Below the pieces are notes generated by a model that did not search any database, had not been told where the DNA came from, and saw only the letters and a list, made by a program, of their open reading frames with translations. DNA of 64,000 bases, taken from positions 97,776,001 to 97,840,000 of the forward strand of contig NC_087437.1 of assembly GCF_036321535.1 (NCBI RefSeq), written 5' to 3'. The position numbers and the translations under genes were made by a program. This stretch comes from Camelus dromedarius. Lineage: Eukaryota. Positions 1 through 12,426 of the stretch are shown here, piece by piece; within the stretch, counting starts at the first letter, position 1, and each line of letters starts with the position of its first letter.

Positions 1-28
1 AATCTGTTATTCTGGTTTTTTTTTAAAG

Positions 29-101
29 GGAGTTCTCGCTCTTGTGAACCAGCTAACCAAAGTTTTGAAAGCTGTGTTAAGATAAATTCACACAATTACA
101 G
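29..101 (+). CDS. RBM11: RBM11 internal coding exon (likely exon 3), linker after the RRM: (G)SSRSCEPANQSFESCVKINSHNY(R)
   Basis: Polypyrimidine tract + AAG acceptor ending at 28; donor AG|GTAATT at 102; 73 nt. Translation matches my recollection of human RBM11 GSSRSSEPANQSFESCVKINSHNYR. Phase-2 end joins the exon at 3012 in frame. Confidence 0.92.
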
Positions 102-1619
102 GTAATTAAAATTTTTTCATAAAGAAAAGCATATAAATATGGTCTTATTCCAGGAAGGGTTTTTCTTTATTTTGGACTATTGTAAAACTCTACTATTTAG
201 ACATAGGATATTTTCTCTGAAACCATGAAAAGTGACAGAAAATACTTTCATTTAAAGTGCAGTCAATATTTTCAGCAATAGGTGGGAGAGATTTATTTTT
301 GTAGTATTCTTTATAGTTTGCCATGTACTTTTCATAGCTGTTAAATCACTTAAGCATCCAAAGTCTCATTGCGATGGATCATAGAGATACTATTATCCAT
401 GTTTTATACTTGAATAAATATAGAGATGCAAAGTTAACTAATTTCCAAGGGCACAAAGATGACAAACTGATAGTTGCTAGGCTTAAAATTAAGCCTTTTG
501 ATATTTAACCACTCTACTATTTATTTCACTATTTTAATAACTTCTCTATGGTAATTTTCAGAATGTTCTCAAATATTGTGTCATCTGATTTCTTAATGCA
601 AAGGTAGCCTCCAGTTCAGCAATCCCAGAGGTCATGGAACAGACAGTCTCCCAAACCAAATTAAGATGCTCAAACCACACCATTTATTAAGCCAATTTAA
701 AAGATACAATGAAAAGCAAAAAGAAAGTCACTGGATAGGTTTGCATATGTAGGTTAGAATACAAGTGGGCAGAAGGACCATACTAGGCAAGTTCTGATTA
801 TGCTAATATTCATATGCCCTGTTTCTCTGCTGCATCAACCTTCTGCACTGATAGTGTGGTTACAAGGACTAGAGTTGAGGTCTGAGTAAAGGATTCTATT
901 CAGATAGAAAGTTCCTGGAGTGAATCTCATTTGCTTACTCTCTCAAAGAGACATAGGGGCAAATAGACTTGGCCACAGAGGGAGTTAGATGCCCACAGGT
1001 TTTGTATGAGTTTCTTAGGAGAGCAAAGACGGGGAGAGCAGCTTAACTGTTAGCTCAGAGCGCACATCCTGAGGGCTTGGAATCTCCTTCCCTTTCTGTC
1101 TATGAGCAACAATCTGATTTGTTCCATCATATTTTCTATTGAATTATCTATCTGTGGCATCTCGTACAACATACTAACTTACTTATTATGCATATGTAAT
1201 ATGTATTATGAATTCTACCTGTGTCTTCCAAGTCACTTGCTTATTCTAACACAATTTCATCACTATCTGCTAAGCTTATGTTAAGTCGAGTTCTGGTTAC
1301 ATTAATATTCATAGACCCTCTTTCTCTCTCTGCTGCGTCAGCTGCATCAGTGTGGCTTACTTCAAGGCTACTCCAAGCATTTCTTATGAGTTTCATCCAT
1401 CCTGATTGTGTTCTTGTTTTCTGCAGCAGAACTGAATATTCTCGAGGAAACTAGCAACAGCTGATGCTTTCATCCCTGTTAATTCTGTCGGCCCTCTGAG
1501 GCATAGAAGAGTGGCTCTTGCGACTGGCAATTACCCAGGCTTATCTTTAGGAGAAGTGCTGCTCCCCAAGTACAACACGGTGTCTTCATTCTCCCCAGCA
1601 TTTCTGCATCAGTGAAATC

Positions 1620-1830
1620 GGGAGAAAGTAGGTGCTGAAATCAGATTGCCTGAAGTGAATCCTGCTTCTGCCACTTTATTAACAGTATAACCTTAGACAA
1701 GTTATTTCACCACAACGTGCCCCACCTCTAAAATGAGGATAATACCTCAAAAGGTTACTATGAGAATCAAATTTTATAATAAATCCAAGGTATTTAAAAT
1801 ACTGGGTGCATGCTTAGTAAGAAGAAAAAT
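1620..1830 (+). mobile_element. MIR-like SINE remnant
   Basis: MIR core-like text: aatcctgcttctgccactt...accttagacaagttattt...taaaatgaggataatacct. Confidence 0.6.
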
Positions 1831-1879
1831 CGTTCATCCTTCACATCCTTACTTCCTATTCCCTTCTCTCTTTTTTGAG

Positions 1880-2018
1880 ATTTTTTTTTTTCAATCTTTT
1901 TGTGGGGGGTGATTGGGTTTATTTATTCATTTATTTTTAGGGAAGGTACTGGGAATTGAACCCAGGACCTCGTGCATGCTAAGCATGCTGTCTATCACTT
2001 GAGCTATACCCTCCCCCC
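1880..2018 (-). mobile_element. tRNA-derived SINE (camelid Vic-1-like)
   Basis: Reverse complement reads ggggagggtatagctcaagtgatag (A box)...gtcctgggttcaattccc (B box), followed by an AT-rich A tail; related copies at 20.2 and 40.9 kb. Confidence 0.8.
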
Positions 2019-3011
2019 CATTTACTTCTTAACCCCATTGTCATATGGAAGCTGTTCTTTTAAAGGTTATCAGGAACTTTGTGATCAACAATTGAGTGGC
2101 TTTGATGCTTACCCAGTTTACTCTTCTATAACCGCCTACACTGTCTAGTTATTTCCTTAACGAAATCCACTCTTCCACTGGCTTCTCTGGTACTACTCTC
2201 ACCACTTACAAATGGGGTCTCCCCCTGTCCTTCTGAATGCTTCCTGTCATTCTCCTGCCCTTGTCTTTGCCCCCACCTACCTATGTTGATGTCACCCTTC
2301 TTCACAGTACACTTCCCATCCTCAAGATTAGTAGCATCCACATTAAAACTGTGGACTACTATGGAGCAGGTCAACTGGTGAAGACTAGCTGTAGAATCTA
2401 GCTGCTATGTGTAACAGTGGAATTTATTAGACATCTCCATAGAAGCAAATGTTACACTTATAAATGACACTGCAGGATGCTGCCATTTTTAAATTAGGAA
2501 TTGATATTATCTTGATTAATTCTTGGAAGAAAACAGCAAATATGTGTTCATGTTAACACCAGCAGTCCATTTAGAGATGAGTATAATTTTTATAGTTAAA
2601 CAGTGAAGATACATTGAAAACTAAATTGAGAAAATTTCTACTTTTCTTTCACTTTTTTATTTGTAGAAGATGGAGTGTACCATTGTTGATTATTAATGAC
2701 TTTCTTTGCTTTCTTCATATCTAAGTCATCTTTGTCTTTATATGGCGGTAACATCAATTAGTATTTTCCTATCAAAAAGCCAGATGTGACTCTAAATATT
2801 GAGATTTCAATATATAGTAATTAGTAAAACTTGAGGTACTGCTATGTCATGGCATTATCAGTGTAATAACTGTTGGTGTGTATAATTTATCCTAATTGAG
2901 GCCTCTTAGAGAATCTTTTTTTAATTATGAAGAACTATCTTTTTTTTTAAGAATAAAGGACATTTTACATAGGGATTTTAACTTTTTATTACTTCTTTTA
3001 CCTCCCCCAAG

Positions 3012-3108
3012 AAATGAAGAAGCTGTGGGCAGATCTTCCTTTCCCATGCAGTTCTTTCCAGTTAATAATGCAGCTTTACCTCAAGAATATTCTTTTTTTC
3101 AGAAGATG
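3012..3108 (+). CDS. RBM11: RBM11 penultimate coding exon: (R)NEEAVGRSSFPMQFFPVNNAALPQEYSFFQKM
   Basis: Pyrimidine tract + AAG acceptor ending at 3011; donor ATG|GTAAGT at 3109; 97 nt; phases fit both neighbours; similar to recalled human RBM11 sequence. Confidence 0.93.
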
Positions 3109-3962
3109 GTAAGTTTGATATGCCTTTGCCTCAATATATAATATGATACAAACTATAAAGAAGATGAAAACTACTTGGAACTTGAGTTGCTCAAATATAA
3201 ATCTAGAATGAGGGCAGAAGCCACCCCGAGCACTGTGCCCACCCCAGTGGTGCTCTGCTCTAACACAGTCATCTGAATTCCCACTCACAGGACCTCAGCA
3301 CACGGGGGCAGTGGCAGCAAAGTGGCAGATGCCAGTGATGTTGCACTGCCCGAGTTAAATTTGAGTATAGAGTTCCCATTTAAATGACTATTTTAAAAGG
3401 TATTTTTAGAATTGAATAATTTCATCTAGTGAAGCATTTTTATGTAATGTAGTCATCAATCACATATATTGCTTTTAGATGTGGATTTTTTTTAAGTATA
3501 TTTCTTCATTTAACCAAAGGCAAAGATTCTCAATTGGTTGAATAAAGTACATTATTTCCAAAGACTCAAAAATATGGTTCCAGCCTAGAAATCATAATGA
3601 TGGTCTTTATTGTTAAAGGGGAACTTAGGAAATTTTTTCTTCTAACTCCTCATATTATACATGATAAAATTGAGGTTCAGGGATATTAATTAACAAGCCC
3701 AAGATTATACAACTTGTTAGTGACAGATATTGGGCAATAACACAGGTATTCTGATTCCACAGGGTGTAATTTTTTTCAAACATCCAACATACATGTGAGC
3801 TTCAGATTTTTCAATTAGCCACTTTTTCTTTTAAGCATAAGGAAAATTAATTTTTGGAATATACTTTTCTTAGTGTAATGAGATATTATTAAATAATCAA
3901 TTTTTGTCTAAAATTGTTAATATCTTCTTTGTGGCATTTTTACCTTTGATGAGATGAGAAAT

Positions 3963-3984
3963 ACACACACACACACACACACAC
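3963..3984. repeat. (CA)n microsatellite
   Basis: Seen directly. Confidence 0.95.
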
Positions 3985-4072
3985 GCTAATCTTTAATCAA
4001 CTTTGAATAGTTAGGAATTTAGGTTAAAAACTGTTTTAAGAACAGGAAAGTGTCTATCTTAACAATTGACTA

Positions 4073-4706
4073 CTATGCTGTACAATATGGTGGCCATTAG
4101 CCATCCATAATAACCTGAGTTTTTTTATTTTATTTAATTTTAATTAATTTAAATTTGAAGGCAGAGACTTGGTTTAGTTGTTGCAAAATTTTTAAATAAG
4201 TTTAAAAGAATTTAGGTAAGTATATCTACTTTTTCAACTAAATTTAATGTAATCTCAATTCATCTGAAGTATTTTCAGTGAAAATTGGCATCCAAATTGA
4301 CATATGCTATAAGTATAAAAGACACATCAGATTTCAAAGACATAGTATAAAAAAAGTGAAGTATCTCATTAATAGTTTTATATTCGTTACATGTTGAAAT
4401 GACAATATTTTGGGTATTTGGGAATAAATAAAATACATTAATTGCATCTGTTTCATTTTCATTTTCATATTGTCTCATTTTATTTTCATTTTAAACTATG
4501 AAGTTTCATATTTTTATTGTCATATTTCACCTGTTCCATTTTCATATTTCATTTATTTTCATATATTTATTTAATATTTCATTTAATATGAATTTTGCTC
4601 ATATTTTCATATTGTTTCATTTTATTTTCATCATAGGCTTATAGGGCTACTAGAAGATTTAAAACTGCATATGTGACTTGCATTCTGTTTCTATAGGACA
4701 GCACTA
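4073..4706. mobile_element. hAT-Charlie non-autonomous DNA transposon (MER33/Charlie1-like) with internal AT-rich (TTTCA-like) low-complexity expansion ~4450-4635
   Basis: Degenerate TIRs (tgctgtacaat / ataggacagca) and internal text typical of MER3/MER33. Confidence 0.65.
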
Positions 4707-4909
4707 ATCTGTATTGTAGTAAGCTAGATACTACCGTGAATCTTTATTTTAACCATTTAAGGAATGACCACATCTCTACTATGAAAAGTTACTGTCCTTC
4801 TTATACTAACACATAGTTTGCTTCACTTATAGTTATTTGTATGATGAATGTAAACTGTTAACTTTGGGGGGGGCTTGTTTTGGTAGATGAATGTTTCTTT
4901 TCTTCACAG

Positions 4910-5194
4910 CAGTGGCATGCATATAATCCAGCATTGCAACTCCCTTACTATGAGATGACAGCACCACTTCCTAACAGCACATCAGTGCCTTCCTCCTTGA
5001 GTCATGTTGCAGATCTAGAGGCTGGACCCAGCTCTTATGAATGGCCTCACCAACAACCAAGTGACTCAGACCTTTATCAGACGAATAAACGAAAGAGGCA
5101 AAAACAAACTAGTGATAGTGACAGCAGCACAGAAAACAGTAGAGGAAATGAATATAGCCAGAAGTTCCGCAAGTGCAAGAAAAAAAGATATTAG
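4910..5194 (+). CDS. RBM11: RBM11 last coding exon, QWHAYNPALQLPYYEMTAPLPN...KRKRQKQTSDSDSS...KFRKCKKKRY*, with basic NLS-like C-terminus
   Basis: Acceptor tcttcacag| at 4909, in frame with ORF 4880..5194, TAG at 5192-5194; matches recalled RBM11 C-terminus. Confidence 0.95.
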   Translation, partial: QWHAYNPALQLPYYEMTAPLPNSTSVPSSLSHVADLEAGPSSYEWPHQQPSDSDLYQTNKRKRQKQTSDSDSSTENSRGNEYSQKFRKCKKKRY

Positions 5195-6300
5195 TATTTA
5201 CCTTCAAATGAAATGGATCTACACTGGTCTTACTTCCCTTAAAAGAAGAAAAAATCTATATTCCACTAAATGACCAATTTCATGAAATATATAATAATAT
5301 GACATCTGATTTGCTATTCAGTTTTTGTCTTGAATGACAAAAACTTAGAAATAATATAACATGCTTTTTGTATTTGTAATGGTGGTGTTAACAAGAAGTA
5401 CACTTTGAATTGTTGTATTTTTGTATCGATGATGAACTTGCTCTACACTATTAATGAAAAGTCTCTTTTACTGAGCACTTAGGGACAGGCACCATGCTCT
5501 CCTCGATTGTCGATTGTCGCCTGTAACCCTCAGCTGTAAATAAGCTGAGATTAGAGGTGGAGTGGTGAATTTTCTGAATGAAACTAAAGCAGATATTTAA
5601 GAGTTGCATGTTTTTTCTAACAAAGACTGGGTAAGCAGGGTTGTTTCCCTTATTACTAATATTTATTTTTTATGTCTAAATATGTTGTCTCTGAGACTTC
5701 TTCTCATATAGATTTGTTTCATAAAACAAGGATGTATGACAGTGATTCCAAAGGGAGGGTGATTATCACGTGGCTAGTTTTTGTTTCCTTCTTCTTTCAT
5801 ATGATTGTATATAAATAGAAATGCCTGTCTCTTTGCTTCCCACTTACTAATTGTATTTTATGAAAATTATTTGGCTTTGTCGGTATTTATCCACCTCTTT
5901 TGCCAACTGGGTTTGAGAGGGTTTATTTGGCACATTTAGATCTTGATAATGAATAGCAAATAGAGTGATATTTTATTAATATATGATATTTAATGTTTAT
6001 CATCTACTCAAGTTTCCTATTTCTGGATTATTGATTTTCAGAAGGTAAAATTTATGGTTTATTTGGACATTTTTATTAACTTTGTAACTCATCATAAACT
6101 AGAATGATGAAAATACTTATTAAAGCTAATTGAAAGGAACACACAGCTCCATGGGAGTTAACCACCCATTTCAATAGGAAAAGCCATGCTTTGATATTTC
6201 TTTTGTGTGTTGCATAGCACCTTATAGATATTTATTATTTAAAATAATAAAAATGTTTTTAGCAAAACGAGTAACTGAATTTCACTTTGGGTTATAAATG
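5195..6300 (+). other. RBM11: RBM11 3' UTR (end uncertain); candidate polyA signals ATTAAA 6119-6124 and AATAAA 6246-6251
   Basis: AT-rich sequence without obvious repeats after the stop codon; hexamers seen directly, cleavage site not determinable. Confidence 0.45.
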
Positions 6301-9154
6301 TACAATGCAGTAGCATTTTAAGTGTAAATATTAGTCTCTCTCAATTTGATCAACATGAAAAACTAAATTCTGCTTGATGTAATTTGCTCTATATAACTTC
6401 ATTTTCCTGAATATTCAAACTAAAAAAGATGACTTTTTTCTTTCTAAATTTACACTTTTGCAATTTAGAATCATGCCAAAGGGAAAACATGTCTGTGTAA
6501 ATAGAATATAATGTATATTTAAACGCATTAACTTCATGTCGGCCTTTCTTCAGTTCTTATACCTTAGGCCTCAATTATTTCATTGGGATTGACATAATAG
6601 AAAAAAAAATATATATATATATGAAATGTCTTAGCAAGTAAGAGTGGCATATTTAAAAAAAAGAAAACAAAATATTGTTACATGAACTAAAATCTTAGAA
6701 CTACAAGGAATTCTTGCAACTTCTTCCATTATAAGCAGGTATTATCTGTATATCAACTCTAAGTCAACCAGTTTGAACCAACCAGAAGGCAAATTCACCA
6801 ATTTGCACTGATGTCTTTCATTATTAGAAAATATACTACTTTCCTTAAAATGTTAGTATCATTTACAATCCTATATGATTTTAAATTGTCAATTTTCCCA
6901 ATGCTATATTTTTGAGTTAAAAATTAGTTAAATTATTTCCCTTAAAATATTTAAATAATCTGTTCAATTCTAATTCTCCACTCTCAACATCTACTTATTT
7001 AAGGATGTATATACACATTCTGCTTCAAACACTAGAAGCTTGAATTTGAGGACAAAATCAGTCATCTTTTTATTTTCATATTCACTAGTTTATTTTTAAT
7101 GAGTTTCTGTAATGCATCAGGCAGTTGAAAAACAAGAGAAAAATTACTCGGATTTAAAGTTGGTCAAAAAGATGAATGCAAAACACCCTTGAAATCTTTG
7201 CTGAAATGACACATCCCAAGCTATGGTTTCAAACATACAGCTATTAAGACAAGCATATCACCTTTGAAATCTTAGCATTAAATGCAACTATAATAAGATA
7301 AACAATAGCTAACTTATTGTGACATGATTATTGTATAATTCTGATGTAATTTTTTTGGTAACCAACTTCCAGTTTAATCAAAGAAACAGCATTAAGAATT
7401 ATTGCACTTCCTTTACCACTGTCCAGGTGTGAGACACTACACTGACGTGTAGTCAGCCTCTTCCTTTGTATCACTAAATACTAATCAACTGATGAGTGAT
7501 GACAAAGCAAGCTTTCTCTCTTGCCAGTTCATCCAAAGCTGTATCCCCAGACCTTTTTCTTCTGTGCCTACTGAGAATACCCACCTGCATGTCTCATTAG
7601 CACTGCAAACTCAACACTTTGAATTTTACCCTAATTTTTTTTATCCTCAAATACTTTCTTCTTTGACCAGTTCGGGTCAATATTCCACTATGGACCTGTT
7701 GCTGGAGGATTTCAAAGACTACTGACCTCGCTTCAGTGACTTAACAGAGAACTGGTCAGTCCCTCTTGCATGCTTCAGCGATAAGGAAGCACTCTTGATC
7801 TTAGGAACTCAAGAAATTAAAATGGGCCCATTAATAGGGACTATGAACAAAATGAAAAGATAGAAGTGATACCAGTTGTTCGGTCTCCTCTCCATTTAAA
7901 TTTATTTAAGGGCTGAGCATATTCTCCTTCAAGGTGGATGTGGCTCATGGCAGATGTGGTTTAAGAAGCAGTTCCTAGAAAGGGAAGGAAGACTGGAGGA
8001 GTAGAGTTGGTTCCTAGAATATCCTGCTAAAGAACTAACAGAACACCAGCTGCAGCTGCTCAGGTCTGTGGTGAAAGCTCAGGACCTTTAGCGTGTCCAT
8101 ATTCTACCTCTATTTTCTCTGTATTCTATTTCTGTATATCCTAGTAAATCTACTTAAATCACAATCAGGTCTGCCTCTCATTTCCTATCAAGAAGTGAAT
8201 TGATAGCATGGGTGTGATGTTGGTGAAAATGAGCACTAATATATAAATCTCTATAGAAATGTTATTTAACTTTGGAAAACTTAGAAAAGCGTCTTTTTAA
8301 CAAAGATGATATTTGCTTCTACACCTCAAGTCCAAGGAAGTTCAGTGAGCACAGCCTCTCCAGTCTGCACTAAGGGATATTTTCTGAGGTAGTTAGTGAA
8401 GGTTTTTTTTTGCCCAATCAGAATGAGTTCTGTGAGGTCACATGTTGCCCCGACTGTGGGTTGAGCAAGTCTCTACCAAGTGCAGTAGGTCTCTACTAAG
8501 TCTCCAAGACCAGCCTGCAAAAATTACTTCGTGAACATGCAAAAACTGCCTTAACAAGGAAGACAGGTGATCTATTATCTGGTTCCTGGTAAAACTTTCT
8601 TTTGAGCTTCCAATACTGTCCTGTTATATCAACAACAGGTTATATATGGATTAAGAAACACAAAATCTACTTGTATTGTAATTAGAGAACATAACCAGTA
8701 CATAAGGATACTAATATATTTCCTGTGTTATAAACTCTGGGGAGGACTGAGCCCCAAAACCTACATACTATCATCTTCTTCAAGGAACCTAGATCTAATA
8801 ATAATTGGCTTAACTATTTGACCTTGCTTGGGGAGCTTAGTAAATGAAAACATTCTTTAAATGGATACTGTTGATCAGTCCAACACACTATTTGAATCCT
8901 AATAATTAATGTCTTTACTTCTATTTTTATATGAGAAAAGTAGTAATATCCTGGATAGAAAAATAACCCTCATCCCAGACTCCTATCTGAGATTAATCCC
9001 CAGTTATTGCAAGGGAAATATTGTAGACACTCCTGCATGCCGATCAAAACCCTGGGAGTTACTCTAGACAATCACCTTCACTCTTTCTCTAAGTGGTTAT
9101 TAGCCCCTCAGTGTGAACTGTCCAGTTTCTCTTTATTTCCTGCTTTTGAGTTTT

Positions 9155-9376
9155 TTAAACTTATTTTTAATGAAGTATAATCAATTTACAATGTGTTAAT
9201 TTGTGTTGTACAGCACAGCGATCCAATTATATATATTCTTTTTTATATATTCTTTTTCATTATAGGCTATTACAAGGTTTTGAATATAGTTCCCTGTGCT
9301 ATACAGTAGGGCCTTGTTGTTTATCTATTTTATATATAGTAGTTAGTATATGTAAACTAAAAAAGGAATTTGCAGA
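9155..9376 (-). mobile_element. L1 3'-end fragment with approximate TSD (tgctt[t]tgagtttt at ~9141 and ~9377)
   Basis: Antisense L1 3' UTR text (tgaatatagttccctgtgctatacagtagggccttgttgtttatctattttatatatagt) between near-identical flanks. Confidence 0.75.
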
Positions 9377-9699
9377 TGCTTTGAGTTTTCATTAAGCAAA
9401 CCAACCAACAATGAATGAATATCATTCCAAACACAGATTTTGGTGCTGAGGTTACATCACTGAAAGAGTAGGTCCCAACATTCAAGGAGCCTATGGTCTA
9501 CTGGCATAGCTGGATAGTTAGAAAGATGATTTCAGGATAACATTTAACATAGTAGAGGTAAACACACAGTGTAATGGGAGTGCACGAGAGTTTCCATGCC
9601 TCAAGAAAATAAATCCTGGGCAGAGGGAGACTAGCCTGTGTGTCCAACCACATTATTTTAGATTTCTTTCTATAAAGTCATAAATCAAAAGATTTTTGT

Positions 9700-11430
9700 T
9701 TTCTGAGACCTCTGGATTTAGGGCAGTTGTGTCTTTGGAATATTTGTGTACTGTGTTCCACAAAGGCTTTCTAATACTCTCCTTCCTTCTGAGCACATAG
9801 TTCTACTTCACCCCAGCTAACTTTTAGAGGGAAGGCTTCTCTAATGGCTCCTATTAGGTCCTGCATATCAGCCTCCAATTGGGCCATTTCTTGATCATTC
9901 GGAGGAGGGCCAGGAGAGGGGCTGGCCATCTGTGTCCTTAGTAAAGAGGATTTCTTTGTAATTGTTGTAAGGATATTGAAGTTAAAGCAGGAAGTTAGTG
10001 GTCAAGAGATTTTCTAGGGGAGCCAGAGGAGTTCTGGAAATGAAAGAATTGGTTGAAGAAGTGGGGCTGAATTTGGAGGCAGGTGAATTTGGGACGGGAT
10101 CCAGACATCTAATATATCTTGGGGGGGGGGTCAAGAATAGGGAGTTGGAAGTAAAGGCAAGTACAGGAGGGAGGCAGAGGAGAGTTCATGGTGAACTTTA
10201 ATTTCTAAGGCTGACTTCTACTCTTTTATTTTGTTAAGGGAATCTTTTAGGCCAGCTGTGTTACTTTTTTTGTGCCTTTCTTTAAATTTGATCTTCCCAG
10301 AGGTACCAAGAGGGCATTTGTTTGGGATAAGCACTCTCTATGAATCCCCTGAAATGTAATAGCTTTTCTAAATCAAAGGGTCCATTGTCTGGCCACTGAC
10401 AATTAATATCTGCATAATTATAACTGTTCAAGTGTAACGCAAACTAATAAGTCTTTTTGTGGGAAGACCTGGAGGTAACCATCTAGGCTTAGACTATAAT
10501 TTAACTGTGTACAGGAGAGATGTTCCTGAAGGAGAAGGCACAGAAAATGCTGCCTCCGTAAGCCAAAGTCACTCCCAAAGACAACTGGAAAGAAGGAAAA
10601 TTTGCCACAGACAGTACGAATGCTACTCCAGTCTCCTCAAAAATGAGACATCTCCAATCATGACTCCTCTAATCCATGACATGAGGTGGGCAATACTGAT
10701 AAGGAGTTCTCAGCACTACAAAGGCAACAAGAGAGGGAACGTTTTAGACTAGACAGTCTCCTGAGAGCTAATAATGGTACCTCGTGTCTCAGAACCCCAA
10801 CCTGACAGTTGACTTCCTCCAGGCAAAGACCCACAATCTGCACCCCACAACAGGCAGAACATTAGAGAGAATATTCTCTCTGGATGTAAGCCAAACTCTC
10901 AGGACACAAAATTAAGATGGAAGGAGCATCTCATCCATTTGTATAGGTGACTGACTCAGAGCAAAGTTTGTCCAGGTGATCTGCAGGCCAGTGAGAATCA
11001 CAAACTCACTGGCCTATGAGGTCAACTCAAACTACAGATTTATAGAACCTATGCCCCTATTTTACACTATAATTCTCATTCTTAGAAAAAGCACTTTTAG
11101 ACAGCAAACTACAAAACAGTAACACAAAAGACAATGACAAATCGACACAATGACTCTCCCTGAGAAGGAGTAATCCAAACCAAGAATCACAATACCCAGA
11201 GAACTAGTTCTAGCCAAAGAGTCTTCTCTTGTAAATCTGAATGATGACTATTTCCCCTTTTAAAATGTGAAGGGGAGGTTCTTATTGCCCTCACTTAATT
11301 GGACACTGATCAGAGACCCAAGAGTCTGGTAAGAAATCTTACTTTCTCTGGCTTGGTTGAAGGTTTCAAAATCTCGCCTGCAGCCTCCAGAGTGAGTGGG
11401 GAGCCCCAAACACCCCATCTCCATTATCAA
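9700..11430 (-). mobile_element. Degraded class I (ERV1) internal region with gag remnant
   Basis: Minus strand 10398-10363 translates QWPDNGPFDLEK, resembling the WPxNG(S/T)FD motif of ERV1 Gag matrix; adjoins an LTR at 11434. Left boundary approximate. Confidence 0.55.
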
Positions 11431-11433
11431 AAC

Positions 11434-12426
11434 TGTTCAGAGGAAAACTTTTCCTCTACCAACTTCAGTCCAATGGGTGGGAACCAGTGAACTAATTCAC
11501 TACATACAGATTAACAAAATGTGTTAGAGTTCTCTAGAGAAACAGAACCAATGGAACTGGTTGATTGATTGATTGGTTGTAAGGAATTGTCTCACGTGAT
11601 TACAGAGGGTAAGCCCCAAGATTTTCAACAGGCAAGCTGCAGATGTAGGCAAGCTGGAGTCAGTGATGTAGTTCCAGCCCAACTCTGAAGGCCCGGGAAC
11701 CAGGAGAGCCAATGGTGTACTTCCAGTGTGAAAGACAGAACAAACCGTTGTCCCCACTGGAAAGCAGCCAGGCAGGAGGAAGTCCTACTTATTCAGGGAG
11801 AAGTCAGCCTTTTGTTTTATTCAGGACTAACTGATTGGATGAGCCCCACCCACATGAGGGAAGGCAATCTGCTTTACTTGGGCAATCAATTTAAAAATTA
11901 GACTCATCCAAAAGCACCCTCACAGAAATACCCAGAATAATGTCTGACAAAATGTCTGGGCACCCTGTGACCCCATCAAATTGACACATAAAATTAACCA
12001 TCACATAGGAGAAGAGTTTAATCCGCATGCATATGGGAACACTGTAAGGAGAGGCTCCCAAAACTGCCAGGAGGCCTGGTTTATATCCTAGCTTAAAACA
12101 GGTAGGGGGCGGCTAGAGCTTCAGTGGGAAATTATGGAAGGTAATATGGGGCCTGTTTACACAATTTTTCATCCAGGTGCTGTGGGCAGTCTCCTTCCTG
12201 GCTGGGAGCTCCCTCAAAGAGGAGTTTATGACAGCTGAGCTCCCATAACCCATTGCTAAGGATCAGTCTTCTCCCGAACAGGAAATTCCTTCAGAGGGAG
12301 GATCCTGGCTGTGCTAAGGCAGTAAACAAGTTTATATAAGGTTTCTTTATGAGGCTGCTGTTTGTTCAGATGTTTTTAGTTTAAAGTAATCCTTATACCA
12401 TTCTGGTGAGTGGTTGGTCCCTTTAA
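11434..12426 (-). mobile_element. ERV1-type LTR (5' LTR of the adjacent degraded provirus), interrupted by an MLT2 LTR
   Basis: TG at 11434; LTR-like text continues on both sides of the MLT2 insert; subfamily not assigned. Confidence 0.55.
11520..12005 (-). mobile_element. MLT2 (ERV-L) solo LTR nested in the ERV1 LTR
   Basis: Characteristic antisense MLT2 ends: tgtgttagagttctctagagaaacagaacc ... caaattgacacataaaattaaccatcaca. Confidence 0.8.

Noticed and set aside
1940..2018. tRNA-like sequences with A and B boxes (also at ~20.3 and ~40.95 kb)
   Set aside because: They carry AT-rich tails and are diverged copies of one SINE family, not tRNA genes.
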